Source: Scyliorhinus canicula (lineage: Eukaryota). Taken from it: 64,000 nt of DNA. The position numbers and the translations under genes are program-made. The stretch covers positions 120,641,727 to 120,705,726 of the forward strand of contig NC_052162.1 in the NCBI RefSeq assembly GCF_902713615.1, in the 5' to 3' direction. Below the pieces are notes generated by a model. That model saw nothing but the letters and a program-made list of their open reading frames with translations, was not told the origin of the DNA and made no database searches. The stretch's first letter is position 1; each line of letters begins with the position of its first letter. Below, piece by piece: positions 26,631 through 39,169 of this stretch.

Positions 26631-29069
26631 CAGGGGTGTCAAACTCAAATACACCGTGGGCCAAAATTTAAAAATCGGGACAAGTCGAGGGCCGGACTGG
26701 TTCAAAGTTTTTTTGCAAAACTTATTGAAATGAACTTATTGAACCTGGAACTAATAAAGCTTAGGTTATTGCCTATAAAAACAACATTAAATATTAAATA
26801 AATAAAAAAATTAGTTGCATTTATTTCTTATTGCTTTATCTGGAGCTTTTCCAGAGTAATTTCTAATGAAAACATTTTTCCACAGGCCAACACTTTGTGA
26901 TTCACACTAGTCTAAGCCAGATACTTGACATCTCATCTTGGATGCAAGTTCATCAATGTTTGGAGTCAGGCTCTGAGCTGAGGAAATCCTCAGGATTGAG
27001 TGAAGGTGTTCATCAGAAAGACGACTCCTGTGTGATGTTTTGTTTATCTTCATCAAAGAGAACAGTTGTTCACACAGGTATGTGCTGCCAAACATAGAGA
27101 GCATTTGAGCAGCTTGGTTACGCAGCTGAGGCATTGTGTTGGGGATGAAACGTAGAAACTGTGCAGCACCCACAGAGTCATACTTTGCCTTGAGTGTGTC
27201 ACTACATTGGAGTTCAATCAGCTCCATTTGTATATTGGTTGGTGCGCTTTCCACGTCAGCTGCAAATGGATTACTGAGCAGTTCAAACCTGTTTTTTTGG
27301 GCTTCAAAGTCGGCAAATCGCTGTGTGAAGTCGGCACCAAATATGCTAAGTTTTTCAGCAAACTGTGCACGTGGGAACACTGCGGTAGAGACCTGCTCTT
27401 TCATAATTTGGCAGCACGGAAAATGGCTCAAGTTTTCTGGCTGCATCTGCGTCTCCCACAGGCGCAGCTTAGTTTTAAAAGCCCTCACTGCAGCGTACAT
27501 GTCTGTGATCACATGGCCCCGCCCCTGAAGCTGTAGGTTGAGCGCGGTGAGATGGCTCGTGATGTCACACAGAAACGCCACTTCACAAAGCAACTTTTTA
27601 TCCCGGAGCTCTGTTGTGTCTTTCCCTTTGCTTTCCATGAACTGACAGATCTCATCACGCAACTCGAAACATCTTTTCAGCACTTTTCCTTGACTTAGCC
27701 ATCGCACCTGTGTGATAAGGCAAATCATTATATTCTGAACCTAACTCCTCCAGAAACGACTTGAACTTGCGGTGATTTAAACCTTTGGCTCTTATGAAGT
27801 TAACTGCTCGTGTTATGATGCTCATTATATGTTCCATTTTCAAGGCTTTGCCACACAACGACTCTTGATGTATGATGCAGTGATAAGCTGTCAGCTCACC
27901 TGCGCCGTTTTCCTCCCGCATCTTCTCCCGGATTCTGCCCACCAATCCACTCTTTTGACCGCACATCTGTCGTCAGTCCCACAAGTTTATTCCAAGGCAG
28001 CCTCATTATATTTACACATCTGGATACCTCTTCAAAGAGATCTTTTCCAGTAGTTGTGCCATGCATTGATCTTAATCCCAAAAGTTCCTCTGTTACACAC
28101 AGACTTGAGTCCACTCCACGGATGAAAATTGACAATTGGGCAGTATCAGAAGTGTCCTTGCTCTCATCCACAGCAAGGGAATATGCGATGAAATCACTTC
28201 CCTTTCCCACCAACTGTTGTTGTAGATTGGTGGCAAGCTCACGTACACGGTCGGCAACGGTGTTTCTGCTCAGGCTCACATTTGAAAAGGCTTGCCTTTT
28301 ATCTGGACACACGACGTCGCAAACTTTAATCATGCAGTTTTTAACAAATTCTCCCTCGGTAAAGGGCCAAGCTGATTTAGCGATCTCTGCTGCCACAATA
28401 AAACTAGCCTTTACAGCAGCCTCACTTTGTGATTTGGCCTTTGTGACCATAGCCTGCTGTGACGCCAGACTTCTTTTCAACTCTTCTACCTTCTGGAGCT
28501 TCTGTTTCTTGTCCAGATGCTTGTACTTGTCGTGGTGTTTCGTTTCATAGTGTCGTCTTACATTATATTCTTTGATTACAGCCACACCGTCTCCGCACAC
28601 AAGACAAACAGGTTTGCCCTTTATATCCACGAACATATACTCTGCCTCCCATCTGCCTTGAAAACCCCTGTTTTCTAAGTCCACCTTTCGTTTAGCCATT
28701 TTTGGGGTGAGGACTAGCTAAAAGTTGACCACAGATGACTAGCGCTATAAGGATGCTGATGAAAGAGTGGGGCAAGCGCGAGAAATGCACTGGCAATGTA
28801 TTGTAGGATTTGTAGTATTAGTGGTGGGGCAATATACCGGCGGACCAGCTCGAATAGAAAAAAATTTATTCATTAATGATATTCAGGAAATAAACCAGGA
28901 AACCAAATAAACACTGAAAACCCTGAAACCCTGATACCTGAATAAACTCGGCATCAGCGCTTCAATTGCTGGGGCCAGCTTTAATAGTAATTAGATATTA
29001 TCTCGCGGGCCAAAGATAATTCCACCGCGGGCTGGATTTGGCCCGCGGGCCTTGAGTTTGACATATATG
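26631..29069 (-). mobile_element. hAT DNA transposon, Buster/SPIN/GTF2IRD2-like, full length
   Basis: Imperfect TIRs CAGGGGTGTCAAACTCAA / CATATATGTCAAACTCAA; GGGCC-rich subterminal repeats; transposase inside. Confidence 0.92.
26907..28699 (-). pseudogene. hAT transposase, complete but with two frameshifts (near 27965 and 27710)
   Basis: Three overlapping ORFs join: BED-like finger (CLVC...RRHYETKH), AVDES and LTTD catalytic Asp motifs, HCIIH, VRWLS, CEQLFS and the C-terminal dimerisation region. Confidence 0.9.
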
Positions 29070-29879
29070 CCATAACCTAACCTGCACATCCCTGGTCACT
29101 GAGGGGCAATTTATCAGGGCCAATCCCCCTAACCCATACATCTTAGGACTGTGGGAGGAAACCAGAGCACTTGGTGGAAACCCACACAGGCACGGGGAGA
29201 ACGTACAAACCCCACACAGACAGTGACCAAGGCCAGAATTGAACATAGGTTCCCGGTGCTGTGAGGCAACAGTGCTAACTGCTAATCCATTGTGCCGCTC
29301 AATAAATGTAATTTATTTTCAGAACGAGTCCCCAAACTTGGATATATCACACTCGGTCCACTCACCAAGATCACTCATGAAGACTGAGACTTGATTTTAT
29401 ATAACAACCATGTCTTTCACTGCATTTCAAATACCCTATGAAAATCCAAATACAGTATCTCATGAAACTATTTGATTTAAAACAGAATGACTTGTTGTGA
29501 TTTGGGATTCACTGCCTGACAATGGTGCAGGAAGTAAATTCTACGTAACTTTCAAAAGGGAACTGGACAGGTTCTGCAGGAAAATAAACTTGCACGGTGA
29601 TGGGACCAATTAGATTGTTCATTCAAAGAGCTAGCATGGGAATGGTGGGCTTAATGGCCTCCTTCTTTGCCCTTTGATTCTCGTTTACATTTGAAGAAAA
29701 TCTTGGACTTGAACCAGAGTTTGGCAGTATTTGGGAAATACCTGAAACCCACTTCCTACCGGGGGGAAGAAGCGGAGATGATGGAACGTTTCCAAAGGGA
29801 AATTGGATGGGCTTTTGAGGGAAATAAACTGACAGGGATACGGGAATAGAACAGGGCAATCATTTGATCAACAGAAATC

Positions 29880-31700
29880 TACAAGTTGTGAATCTTTGGA
29901 ATTCTCTACTCCAGAGGGCTGTGGGAGCTCAGTCATTGAGTGTGTTTAAAGCAGAAACTGACATATTCCTAAATCCCAATAACACAAAGGGATATGGGGA
30001 TAGTGTGGGGAAAAAGGCATTGAAGTGAATGATCAGCCATGATCGTACTGAATGGTGGAGCAGGCTTGATGGGCTGAATGGCCAATTCCTGCTTCAATGT
30101 TCCAATGATACAAAGATAGGGAGGAAACTAAATTGTGAAAAGGACATAATGAGGTTACAAAGGGATATAGATCGGTTAAGTGAGTGGGAAAAGATCTGTA
30201 AAATCTAGTATTATGTGGGAAAATGTGACATTACCCATTTTGGCAAAAAGAATAAAGAAGCTTATTATCTAAATGGTGAGAGATTGCAGAGCTCTGAGAT
30301 TCAGAGGGATTTGGGTGTCCAAGAGCATGAATCACAAAAGGCGAGTATACAAGTACAGCAAGTAATTAGGAAAGCTAATAGAATGTTATTGTTTATTATG
30401 AGGGGAATTGAATACAAAAGTAGGGAGGTTATGCTTCAGTTATACAGGACATTGGTGAGACCACATCTGGAGCACTGTGTACAGTATTGCTCTCATTTAA
30501 GGAATGATGTCAATGTGTTGGAAGCAGTTCAGAGAAGGTTTACTGGACTCATACCTGGAATTGGAGGCTGGTCTTATGAGGAATGATTGGACAGGCTGGG
30601 CTTGTGTCCGATGGAGTTTAGGTGACTTGACTGAACCGTATAAGATGCTGAGGGGCCTTGACAGGGTGGATGTGGAAAGGATGTTTCCTCTTGTGAGAGA
30701 ATCTAGAAATTGGAGTCACTTTAAAAGTAATAACTTGCCCATTTAAGGCAGAGGAGAACTTTTTCTCTCCGAGGGTCGCGAGTCTTTGGAACTCTCTTCC
30801 TCAAAGGGCAGTGGCAGCAGAGTCTGTGAATATTTTTAAGGCAGCGCAGGATACATTCTTGGCAAGAAGGTGAAAGGTTATCGGGGGGTCAGCGGGAATG
30901 TGTTTTTGAGATTATAATCAGATCAGCCATGAACTTACTCAATAGTGGACCAGGCTTGAGGGGCCGAGTGGCCTACTCCTGTTCCTAATTCGGATGTTAT
31001 CGCATCTTTTCTAATAGATTGTATCATTTTCCCTCCGACTGATGTCAGGCTAATGGGTCTGTGGTTTCCCCGTTTTCTCTCTCCCTCCTTAAATAATGGG
31101 GTTACATTTACCACCTTCAATCTGCAGGAACCATTCCAGAATCTGCAGAATTTGAAAGATGATCACCAATGTATCCACTATCTCTACAGCCGCCTCTTTC
31201 AACACTCTGGGATGTGGAGCATCAGCTTTTGGGGATTTATTAACTTTAAACCACATTAATTTCTCCAGTGCTACTTTTTCACTAATACTAATCTCTTTCA
31301 GTTCCTCGTGCTCACTAGTCCCTTTGTTCTCTCGTGTTTTTGGGACAATTTCTGTATCTTCCTCGTGAAGACAGACACGCATTGTTTAGTTTATCTGCCA
31401 TTTCCTTATTCCCCATTATAAACTCTCCTGTCTCTGCCTGGAATGGACCCACATTGGTCTTTGTTAATCTTTTCCTTTTCACATTCCTACAGGAACTTTT
31501 CCAGTCGTTTTTTATGTTTCTCCCCAGTTTGCTCTCATATTCTATTTTCTCTTTATCAGTTTCTTGGTCCTCCTTTGCTGAATCTAAAACAAGTTCCCAA
31601 TCCTCAGGCTCACTACTATTTGGGCCACTTTATGAGTCCCCTCCATTGATTTAATGGAATCTTTAACTTTTCTTGTCAGCCACGATAGCTTCACTTTTGC
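29880..31700. mobile_element. Nested CR1-like LINE fragments (plus 29880-30990; minus 30995-31700)
   Basis: ORFs 30215..30586, 30504..30746, 30935..31120 and 31089..31382 are RT-region pieces. Confidence 0.8.
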
Positions 31701-32633
31701 TGTTTAATTTTTGTTTCTTAAAGGAATCTATATTTTATGTCAATAAAATGCTAGCGGTTGCCTGTCTATTGTCTATCGTTATACACAGAACAACAAAGAA
31801 CAAAGGACAGTACAGCACAGGAACAGGCCCTTCGGCCCACCAAGCCTGCTCGGATCATGATGTCTGTCTGAACTATTCCACGTGTGGCCTAACTGAGGTT
31901 CTGTACAGCTGCAGCATGACTTGCCAATTTTTATACTCAATGCCCCCACCAATGAAGACAAGCATGCCGTCTGCCTTCTTAGCTACCTTATCCACCTGCA
32001 TTGCCACTTTCAGTGATATGTTTATTGTAATTTCCCAATCTACCACAGACAACTTGCCCCTCAAACCACGACAGTTTCCTTCTGCGAGAAACACCCAGAT
32101 AAATTAGGGAAAAGAACCATGTAACCACCATAGCCCATCTAAATGGCAATGTGGCTGCTTTGGGAACTAAATATCTTCCAACATGCAAACACCTTTTCAT
32201 TCTGTGCTCCTCGTCAAACTTGGAACCAGGTAATCGCAACGAGGCTCAAAAATGTTCAGCCCACCGGAGGCAGAGGTGTTAGGCCGGCCAGTCCAGCAGA
32301 AAGAAACCCTCCAATCATCACCATTCACCAGATGTCAGAATAAACAAAATGCAGTCCTGGATGTCAGTGAGAGCAGAAACAATAACAACGGAGCCAACAT
32401 CTGGAATTTATTGTGAACTTGTTGGAGTCACAACAGGTGCGATGAATCACAAAACCCCTCCCCACATTGAGAGCAGATGAATGGTCTCTCCCCAGAATTA
32501 ACTCGCTAGTGTCTCCGTAGTTCGGACGGATCATTGAATGTCTCCCCTGCTCAGAGCAGGTGAATGGCTTCTTCCAGGTGTGAACTCGCTAGTGTTCCTG
32601 CAGGGTGTATGGATATCGGAATCCCTTCACTCA

Positions 32634-33332
32634 CTAAGAGCAGGTTAACGGCTTCTCTCCAGTGTGAACTTGCTGGTGTCTCTGCAGGTTGGATAACCGA
32701 GTGAATCCCTTCTCACACTGAGAGCAGGTGAAAGGCTTCTCCCCAGAATTAACTCGCTGGTGTGTCATCAGGCTTGATGAAGTCATGAATCCTTTCTCAC
32801 AGTGTGAGCAATTGAATGGCCTCTCTCCAGTGTGAACTCGCTGATGTATCTGCAGGCTCGATGAAGTAGTGAATCCCTTCTCACACTGAGAGCAGGTGAA
32901 CGGTCTCTCCTCAGTGTGAACTCGCTGATGTATCCGCAGGTCAGATGATTGAATAAATCCCTTCCCACAATGAGAGCAGTGGAATAGCCTCTCCCCTGTG
33001 TGAACTCGCTGATGTATCTGCAGGCTCGATGAAGTAGTGAATCCCTTCTCACACTTTGAGCAGGTGAATGGCCTCTCACCAGTGTGAACTCGCTGGTGTT
33101 TCAGCAGGTTCGATGAATGAGTGAATCCCTTCCCACACTGAGAGCAGGTGAACGGCCACTCCCCAGTGTGAACTCGCTGGTGTATCCGCAGGTCGGATGA
33201 TTGAGTGAATCCCTTCTTACACAAAGGACAGTTGAACGGCCTCTCCCTAGTGTGACTGCGCCGATGAACTTCCAACTGAAATGGGGCCCTGAATCCCTTC
33301 CCACAGTCTCCACATTTCCACCGTTTCTCCAT
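32634..33332 (-). CDS. C2H2 zinc-finger protein ZNF-E (8 fingers, 7th with His>Asn)
   Basis: ORF 32634..33368, ATG of MEKRWKC at 33332; tandem C2H2 repeats with TGERPF linkers. Confidence 0.85.
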   Translation of the reverse strand: MEKRWKCGDCGKGFRAPFQLEVHRRSHTRERPFNCPLCKKGFTQSSDLRIHQRVHTGEWPFTCSQCGKGFTHSSNLLKHQRVHTGERPFTCSKCEKGFTTSSSLQIHQRVHTGERLFHCSHCGKGFIQSSDLRIHQRVHTEERPFTCSQCEKGFTTSSSLQIHQRVHTGERPFNCSHCEKGFMTSSSLMTHQRVNSGEKPFTCSQCEKGFTRLSNLQRHQQVHTGEKPLTCS

Positions 33333-34049
33333 GTTTTGGGTCTCCTCTTGTCTCTCCAGATCGGACAATCAGTTGAGGCCTCGTCCACATACAGAGCACG
33401 TGTACGGTACCTCCCTGCTGTGAACGGTGTGATGTTTTTTCAGGCTGTGTAACTGGTTCAAACTCTTTCCAAAGTCAGTGCTCTGGAACACTCTCACTCG
33501 GGTGTGTGTGTCTCGGTGCTTTTCCAGTCACACTGATGGTTAAAATCTTTTGAAACTGAAAGAAAAGACAAACATTTCTCCTTCTAGATTCAAAGGCCGA
33601 TGATATTCAGTTCCAGGGAATTGAGAGACTCAGTCAGATTGAGACGTGACATTTGAGATTTCTGTCTCTAATTCCTCCACTTCTAATACCCTGTAAAAAC
33701 AATTTACAAAAGACATCACTGTCAGTACAGGATAGAAATTCAGAACAGACAATTCTAGTTTCTCTGAAATATTCTTTCCTCTCTCATTCCCCAAAAGCTG
33801 TAAATCTCCATCCCACACATTCTCCCTCCATTCTCACTCTGCTGTATCTAATATTCACCCTCCCAATTCTCCTGAAGGTGCCGATTCAGGCTGATTGACA
33901 GATCCATGATCACTGTTTTCTGTCCTGGAAACAGAGATCATAAAAACTAGGACCTGCAGTTGGCCATTCAGCCCATCAAGCCTGCTTGTCTATTCTGTGG
34001 GATCATTGGCCGATCGATGTCAGTGACATTCTCTGTGTTACTGACCAGA

Positions 34050-35700
34050 GGCTGAGTGTGCTGACTCAATATCTGTGAGTTCATGAGGCCGAGCTGTAAA
34101 ACACCATGAAGAGGCTCAATGATCCGGAGGAGAGAATCCTGAACATTGAGCAAGATGCCTCCTCGGTGAGGCAAGAATTTAATCCTTGGAAAACCGGCTG
34201 AGTGGGGTGGTGGACTCCTGGGGAACTTGGAGAACCGAGGGTCAGAGAAAGAACATCCAAGTAGTCGGCCTGCTAGAAGGTGTGGAGGGTAAGGATCCCG
34301 TTAGGTTCTTTGAGGACCGGCTGCCACGTTTTCTCCAGCTGGATGTGAAGCCTGGGTGTTTTAAATTAGAAAGGGCATCGGATCCTGTCTTTGAGGCCGA
34401 GGGATAGTTTTCATCCCAGGCCTGGAATCATTCCCTTCCACAACTTGAAAGATCAGCAGAAGGTCCTGGAGACGGGTATGGTGAGGTGGGACCTGGCTCC
34501 ATGAGGGAATGAGGATTTCCTTCTTCCAGGACTTTTCGGCAGCCACACAAACGAAGCATCGAGGCTTCGATGAAGTTTGAAGGGAACTCAAGGCTGCGGG
34601 AGTGAATTACGTCGCTTTATCCTGTGACCCTGAAAATTGTATCTGACAATCCGTCAAGTCTTTCGATAATCCGACTACTGCCTTGGCCTTAACTAAATCC
34701 ATGAAGGGCAAGGATTGGAGTGATGATTTGCAGCTGATGGTTAAAATATTTTGAATCCGACAGAAAAGACAAACATTTCTCCTTCCAGATTAAAAGGCCG
34801 GTGATATTCAGTTCCAAGGAATTGAGAGACTGTCAGATCGAGATGTGAAGTTTGAGATTTCTGTCTGTAATTCCTCCTCTTCTAATATCCTGTAAAAACA
34901 ATTTAACTCAGGCTCTAATCCGGACTCTTTCCCTATCATGGTGTTGTTGTCTGAATTTGTTATCTTTTATCCTGTTGAAGAGAGTTGTTATTCTCTGAGC
35001 ACCGATTGAATGTCATCTTCTCCTCGAGTGTTACAGGGACTCGTATTATCTTATCTCAGTTATGGTAGATGTGCCGTGTGCTGATTATCCGTCGTCTTTC
35101 TTCTATTATCCGAGTGTTAATCATGGCAGAACCGAGTGGTGCCATTGCCGAGGGGTGGATGGTGGTGGATGCAGGTCTTCACGGGTGGGTCTAAAATGTG
35201 GGAGGGACATTCGATCCCCATTCCCTTGTTGGCCCTTCTTTTCTTCTCCCCATTTCGGAGAAGGTATCCTGAGGGTAACAACAGTCTGGCCGTGGGGTTA
35301 ATCCTCCGGGTCCTCAATCTTATTGAGGAATGTCCCCATGGATCTATAGTGGTGGTGATTCTTTTGTATTTTTGTTATTATGGGAGGGTTTATGTGTTGT
35401 TGACTTTATCCTACTCTGGTACAGACGGGGCTTTTATCCGTGAAAGGAGCAGTTTGGGGAAACTTTGGTGCCTCTGGTGTAAAGTGAGTTGGAGGAGGGA
35501 GTAATGGCACACGCCCGATTGTGGCGTGAAAATCTGTTCCTGTTCTCTCTGTCGCCTAACTAATAGCGGCAGTTAATCTGCAAATTTTCTCAGGGAATGT
35601 ACGGGGCATCCATCACCCTATCAGAAGGAAAAAGATCCTCTCCTTTCATAAGGAGAAAGTCGACATAACCTTAGTGCAGAAAACTCAGCCTATTCTGGGA
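34050..35700 (+). mobile_element. Old L1: ORF1 remnant, spacer and start of ORF2 (resumes near 36200-36550)
   Basis: RKNIQVVGLLEGVEGKDP...KLERA; decayed endonuclease start (aatgtacggggc...ttagtgcagaaaactca). Confidence 0.7.
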
Positions 35701-36190
35701 AGGATATTGTTAAACTAGAAAGAGTGCAGAAGAGATTTACCAGGATGCTGCCAGGACTTGATGGTCTGAGTTATAAGGAGAGGCTGGGTGGGCTGGGACT
35801 TTTCCCCCTGGAGCGTAGGAGGCTTAGCGGTGATCTTATAGAGGTCTATAAAATAATGAGGAGCATAGATAAGGTATATAGTCAACATCTTTTCCCTGAG
35901 GTAGAATCTAGAACTAGAGGGCATAGGTTTAAGGAGAGAGATACAAAAGAGATCAGAGGGTAACTTTCTTCACACAGAAGGTGGTGAGCATCTGGAATGG
36001 CTGCCAGAGGCAGTGGTAGAGGCAGGTAGAATTTTGTCCTTCAAAAAGCAGTTAGACAGTTACATGGGCAGAGTGGGTATCGAGGGATATGGGCTAAATC
36101 CTGGCAAGTGGGACTAGCTTAGTGATAGAAACTGGGCAGCATGGACAAGCTGGGCCGAAGGGCCTGGTTCAAAGCTGTAAACATCATAAC
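35700..36190 (+). mobile_element. CR1-like LINE 3' end nested in L1
   Basis: ORF 35724..35963 QKRFTRMLPGL...GDLIEVYK. Confidence 0.8.
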
Positions 36191-37499
36191 TCTACCTGGA
36201 ACAAAATGAAACCTTGCCTCAAGTTTGTTCAGCTCCAATCACCAGGCGCTAAGGGAGGGCATGGTCTCCCAAAAATCAGGCTTCATCAATTGGCCTCTCG
36301 TCTTAGGTTCATAAGAGATTGGGTTAGGATGGAGCCAACATTCATCTGGCTCAATACAGAAGCAGACCAGTCAGTTCTCCCTCTATCCAAAACTGGCAGA
36401 GGCTGATTATGGAATGAATCTCCATGCAATTTTTAATGTCTGTAATTCATTTGGAGTCTGATGCATTGGGTAAAGTATGGGACTCCTATCTCAAATACAT
36501 CGGCTCCAATGTGACTGACTTGCACCTCCTGGGCTTTCCATGAGTGAATTCAATTCAACTTAGGGCAGGGGTAGGGCACAATGGTTAATGCTGCTACCTC
36601 AGCGCCAGGGACCCAGGTTCAATTCCAGCCTTAGGTGGCTGTCTGTGTGGAGTTTGCATATTCTCCTTGTGTCTCTGTGTGTTTCCTCCGGGAGCTCCGG
36701 TTTCCTCCCATTGTCCAAAGATGTGCAGCGAAAGTGGATTGGTCACACTAAATTGCCCCTTAGTGTCCAAGATGACTAGGTTAGGTGGGTTGACCATGAT
36801 CAATGCACCGGGTTACGAGGATAGGATGGGGAGTGGGCTTCAGTGAAATGCTCTTTCTGAGGCTCAGTGCAGACTTGAGGGGCGAATGGCCTTCTGCACT
36901 ATAGGAGTTCTATGTCATCTATGTTGTGTTATTCATTTTAATTTGTATATGCTGTTAGTCTGTTTGTAATATTTTACAAACTGAACTGTTATCCTTTGTT
37001 TTTTATAGAATCTTACCCTCTTTCCCCACTCACTATTTTAACCTGTTAACTGGTTGTTCAATTGATCTGGCATTTCACCTTGAGGCTCTGGTCCCTCAAA
37101 TATCTTCTTCCAAATGAATTCTGCAATGTGTTGTGTGTATTTATGTTGGCAATATCTCTTGTTCCGCTCTGTGCCCATTTGCCACCATTCTTTCTGTTAC
37201 TCGGTTGCACTCATTGTTTAAAAAATGATTTAAAAATAACAATTTATTAAAAATCTGTCCAACTCATCCGTGAATATATTCAATGACCCCCACACCCCAC
37301 TGGTCCCTGTGGAAGAGAAATCCAGAGACTAATAACCCTCTGAGGGAAGAGATGACTGGAAATATATAACATAGTGACAGTACAATATTACAAGGCTAGA
37401 AATAATAAATATACATTAATGTATTACAGAACCATAAATAATATATCTAATCTGTACCATATAACACGAGACAGATCTCTGTCCGAGATTAATTTACTG

Positions 37500-38140
37500 A
37501 CCTTTTAAACGTCAGCCATCTCCTGGAGAAACCAGCCCTTTAATTGTGAAGAAATAAATGCATCAAGCTGAGGGAGCAAAGGATGTCAATGTCTTTAAGA
37601 GAGAGAGAGACCTGGGCCAAGCTTTCCAGAGTCTGCACCCTCCCTGGATTCACTTCCTTTCCCTTCAGTTGCTGCAAGTGACCAATTGAAGGTGAGAATG
37701 AGAAAAGAAATGGAAAGGGGGAGAAAAGAAAGTGTTTTACTCACAGATGTTGGAGACAAGAGGAGGTTTTAAGTCTGTGTGGGGCCCCAGCTTTCCTCAT
37801 TGTCCTGCTCCCGCATTCAGACAACGGGGGAGTTGATTGGATGGTGTAAGAGAGTCCTTCCGGTTCACCAACTCTTCACATTGGTCAACAACTTTCACCC
37901 TGACCTTCCTGCTGAGGTGTTGACCAATGGGAAGAGTTAGGACCGGAAGGACTCGGGTCCTCTATCCAATCAGCGCGGGTTTTGCGTGGATGAAGATTGA
38001 GCTTCACACAAAGGAACTGAATCCAGGGAAGGTGCAGACTCTGGAAAGCTTGGCCCAGGTCTCTCTCTCTCTGAAAGATATTGACATCCTTTGCTCCCTC
38101 AGCTTGACACATTTATTTGTCTGGCTAAAAGAATGGTCTC
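37500..38140. promoter_or_regulatory. Head-to-head pair of 5' exon cassettes (minus arm serves ZNF-E; plus arm truncated by L1)
   Basis: 37555-37650 and 38020-38120 are inverted copies (tccaggga(g/a)ggtgcagactctggaaagcttggcccaggtctctc) flanking CCAAT and CCGGAAG motifs. Confidence 0.7.
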
Positions 38141-38149
38141 TTTCATAAT

Positions 38150-39115
38150 ATCCACAATCCCAGTATCCGCTGACATTCTCAGTCCATCGCCAACTGTTCT
38201 ATAGCCAGGGCAAACAGCAGCAGGGAGAGTGGGCACCCCTGCCTCGTCCCCCGGTGCAGCCTGAAATAATCTGAAATCACCCGGTTCGTCCGTATAAATG
38301 CCACTGGTGCCTGGTATAACAAGCAGACCCAGTCCACAAAACCTGCCCAAATCCAAACCGCTCCAGGACCTCCCACAAATAGCCCCACTCCACTCGATCA
38401 AAGGCCTTCTCTGCATCCATTGCGACCACCACCTCTACCTCTCGTCCCTCTGGAGGTATGATGACGTTGAGTAGCCTCCTGATGTTGGCCGCCAAATGCC
38501 TCCCCTTCACAAACCCCTCTCGGCATCCCCTATCACCCCTGGGACACAATCCTCTATTCTCGAGGCCAAGATTTTAGCCAACATTGAGCAGGGAGATCGG
38601 TCTCTTTGACCCCATTGTTCCGGGTCCTTTTCCCACTTCAAAATGTGGGAGAACGAAGCCTGCGACAATATCGGGGGAGCACTCCCAGCTCTCTTGCCTC
38701 GTTAAAATCCCTTACCAACAGTGGACCCAATTACCCCCCCCCCCCCCCCCCCCGAGAATTCCACCCGGTACCCGTCCGGACCCTTGCCCAATTGCATCAC
38801 CTCCAAACCCTCCAGAGCTTCTGGCAGCCAAATTGGTTTCCCAGGGCCTCCATCAGCTCTTTATCCACCTTTGGGACCTCCAACACCTCTATAAACCGCC
38901 TCATCGCCTCCGCCCCGCTGGGGGTTCCGACTCGTACAGCTTGCTATAGAAGTCCCTAAACAACCCATTCACCCCCTCCAGGTCCAAGGCCATATTCCCT
39001 CCTGCGTCCTTCACTTTCCCGATCTCCCTCGCAGCCTCCTGTTTCCTCAACTGGTGCGTTCGCATCCTGCTCGCCTTCTCCCCCATACTCATACACCGCC
39101 CCTCTCACCCTTATC
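38150..39115 (-). mobile_element. L1 ORF2 RT fragment
   Basis: GFVKGRHLAANIRRLLN, MDAEKAFDRVEW, RGTRQGCPLS. Confidence 0.85.
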
Positions 39116-39169
39116 AACTGCCCCACCGCCGCTGTTCTGTTCCAGGGAGCGGGCCACTTTCTGATTGAA

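Noticed and set aside
26907-28699. Domesticated GTF2IRD2/ZBED-type host gene
   Set aside because: It has two frameshifts and intact TIRs, so it is a transposon copy.
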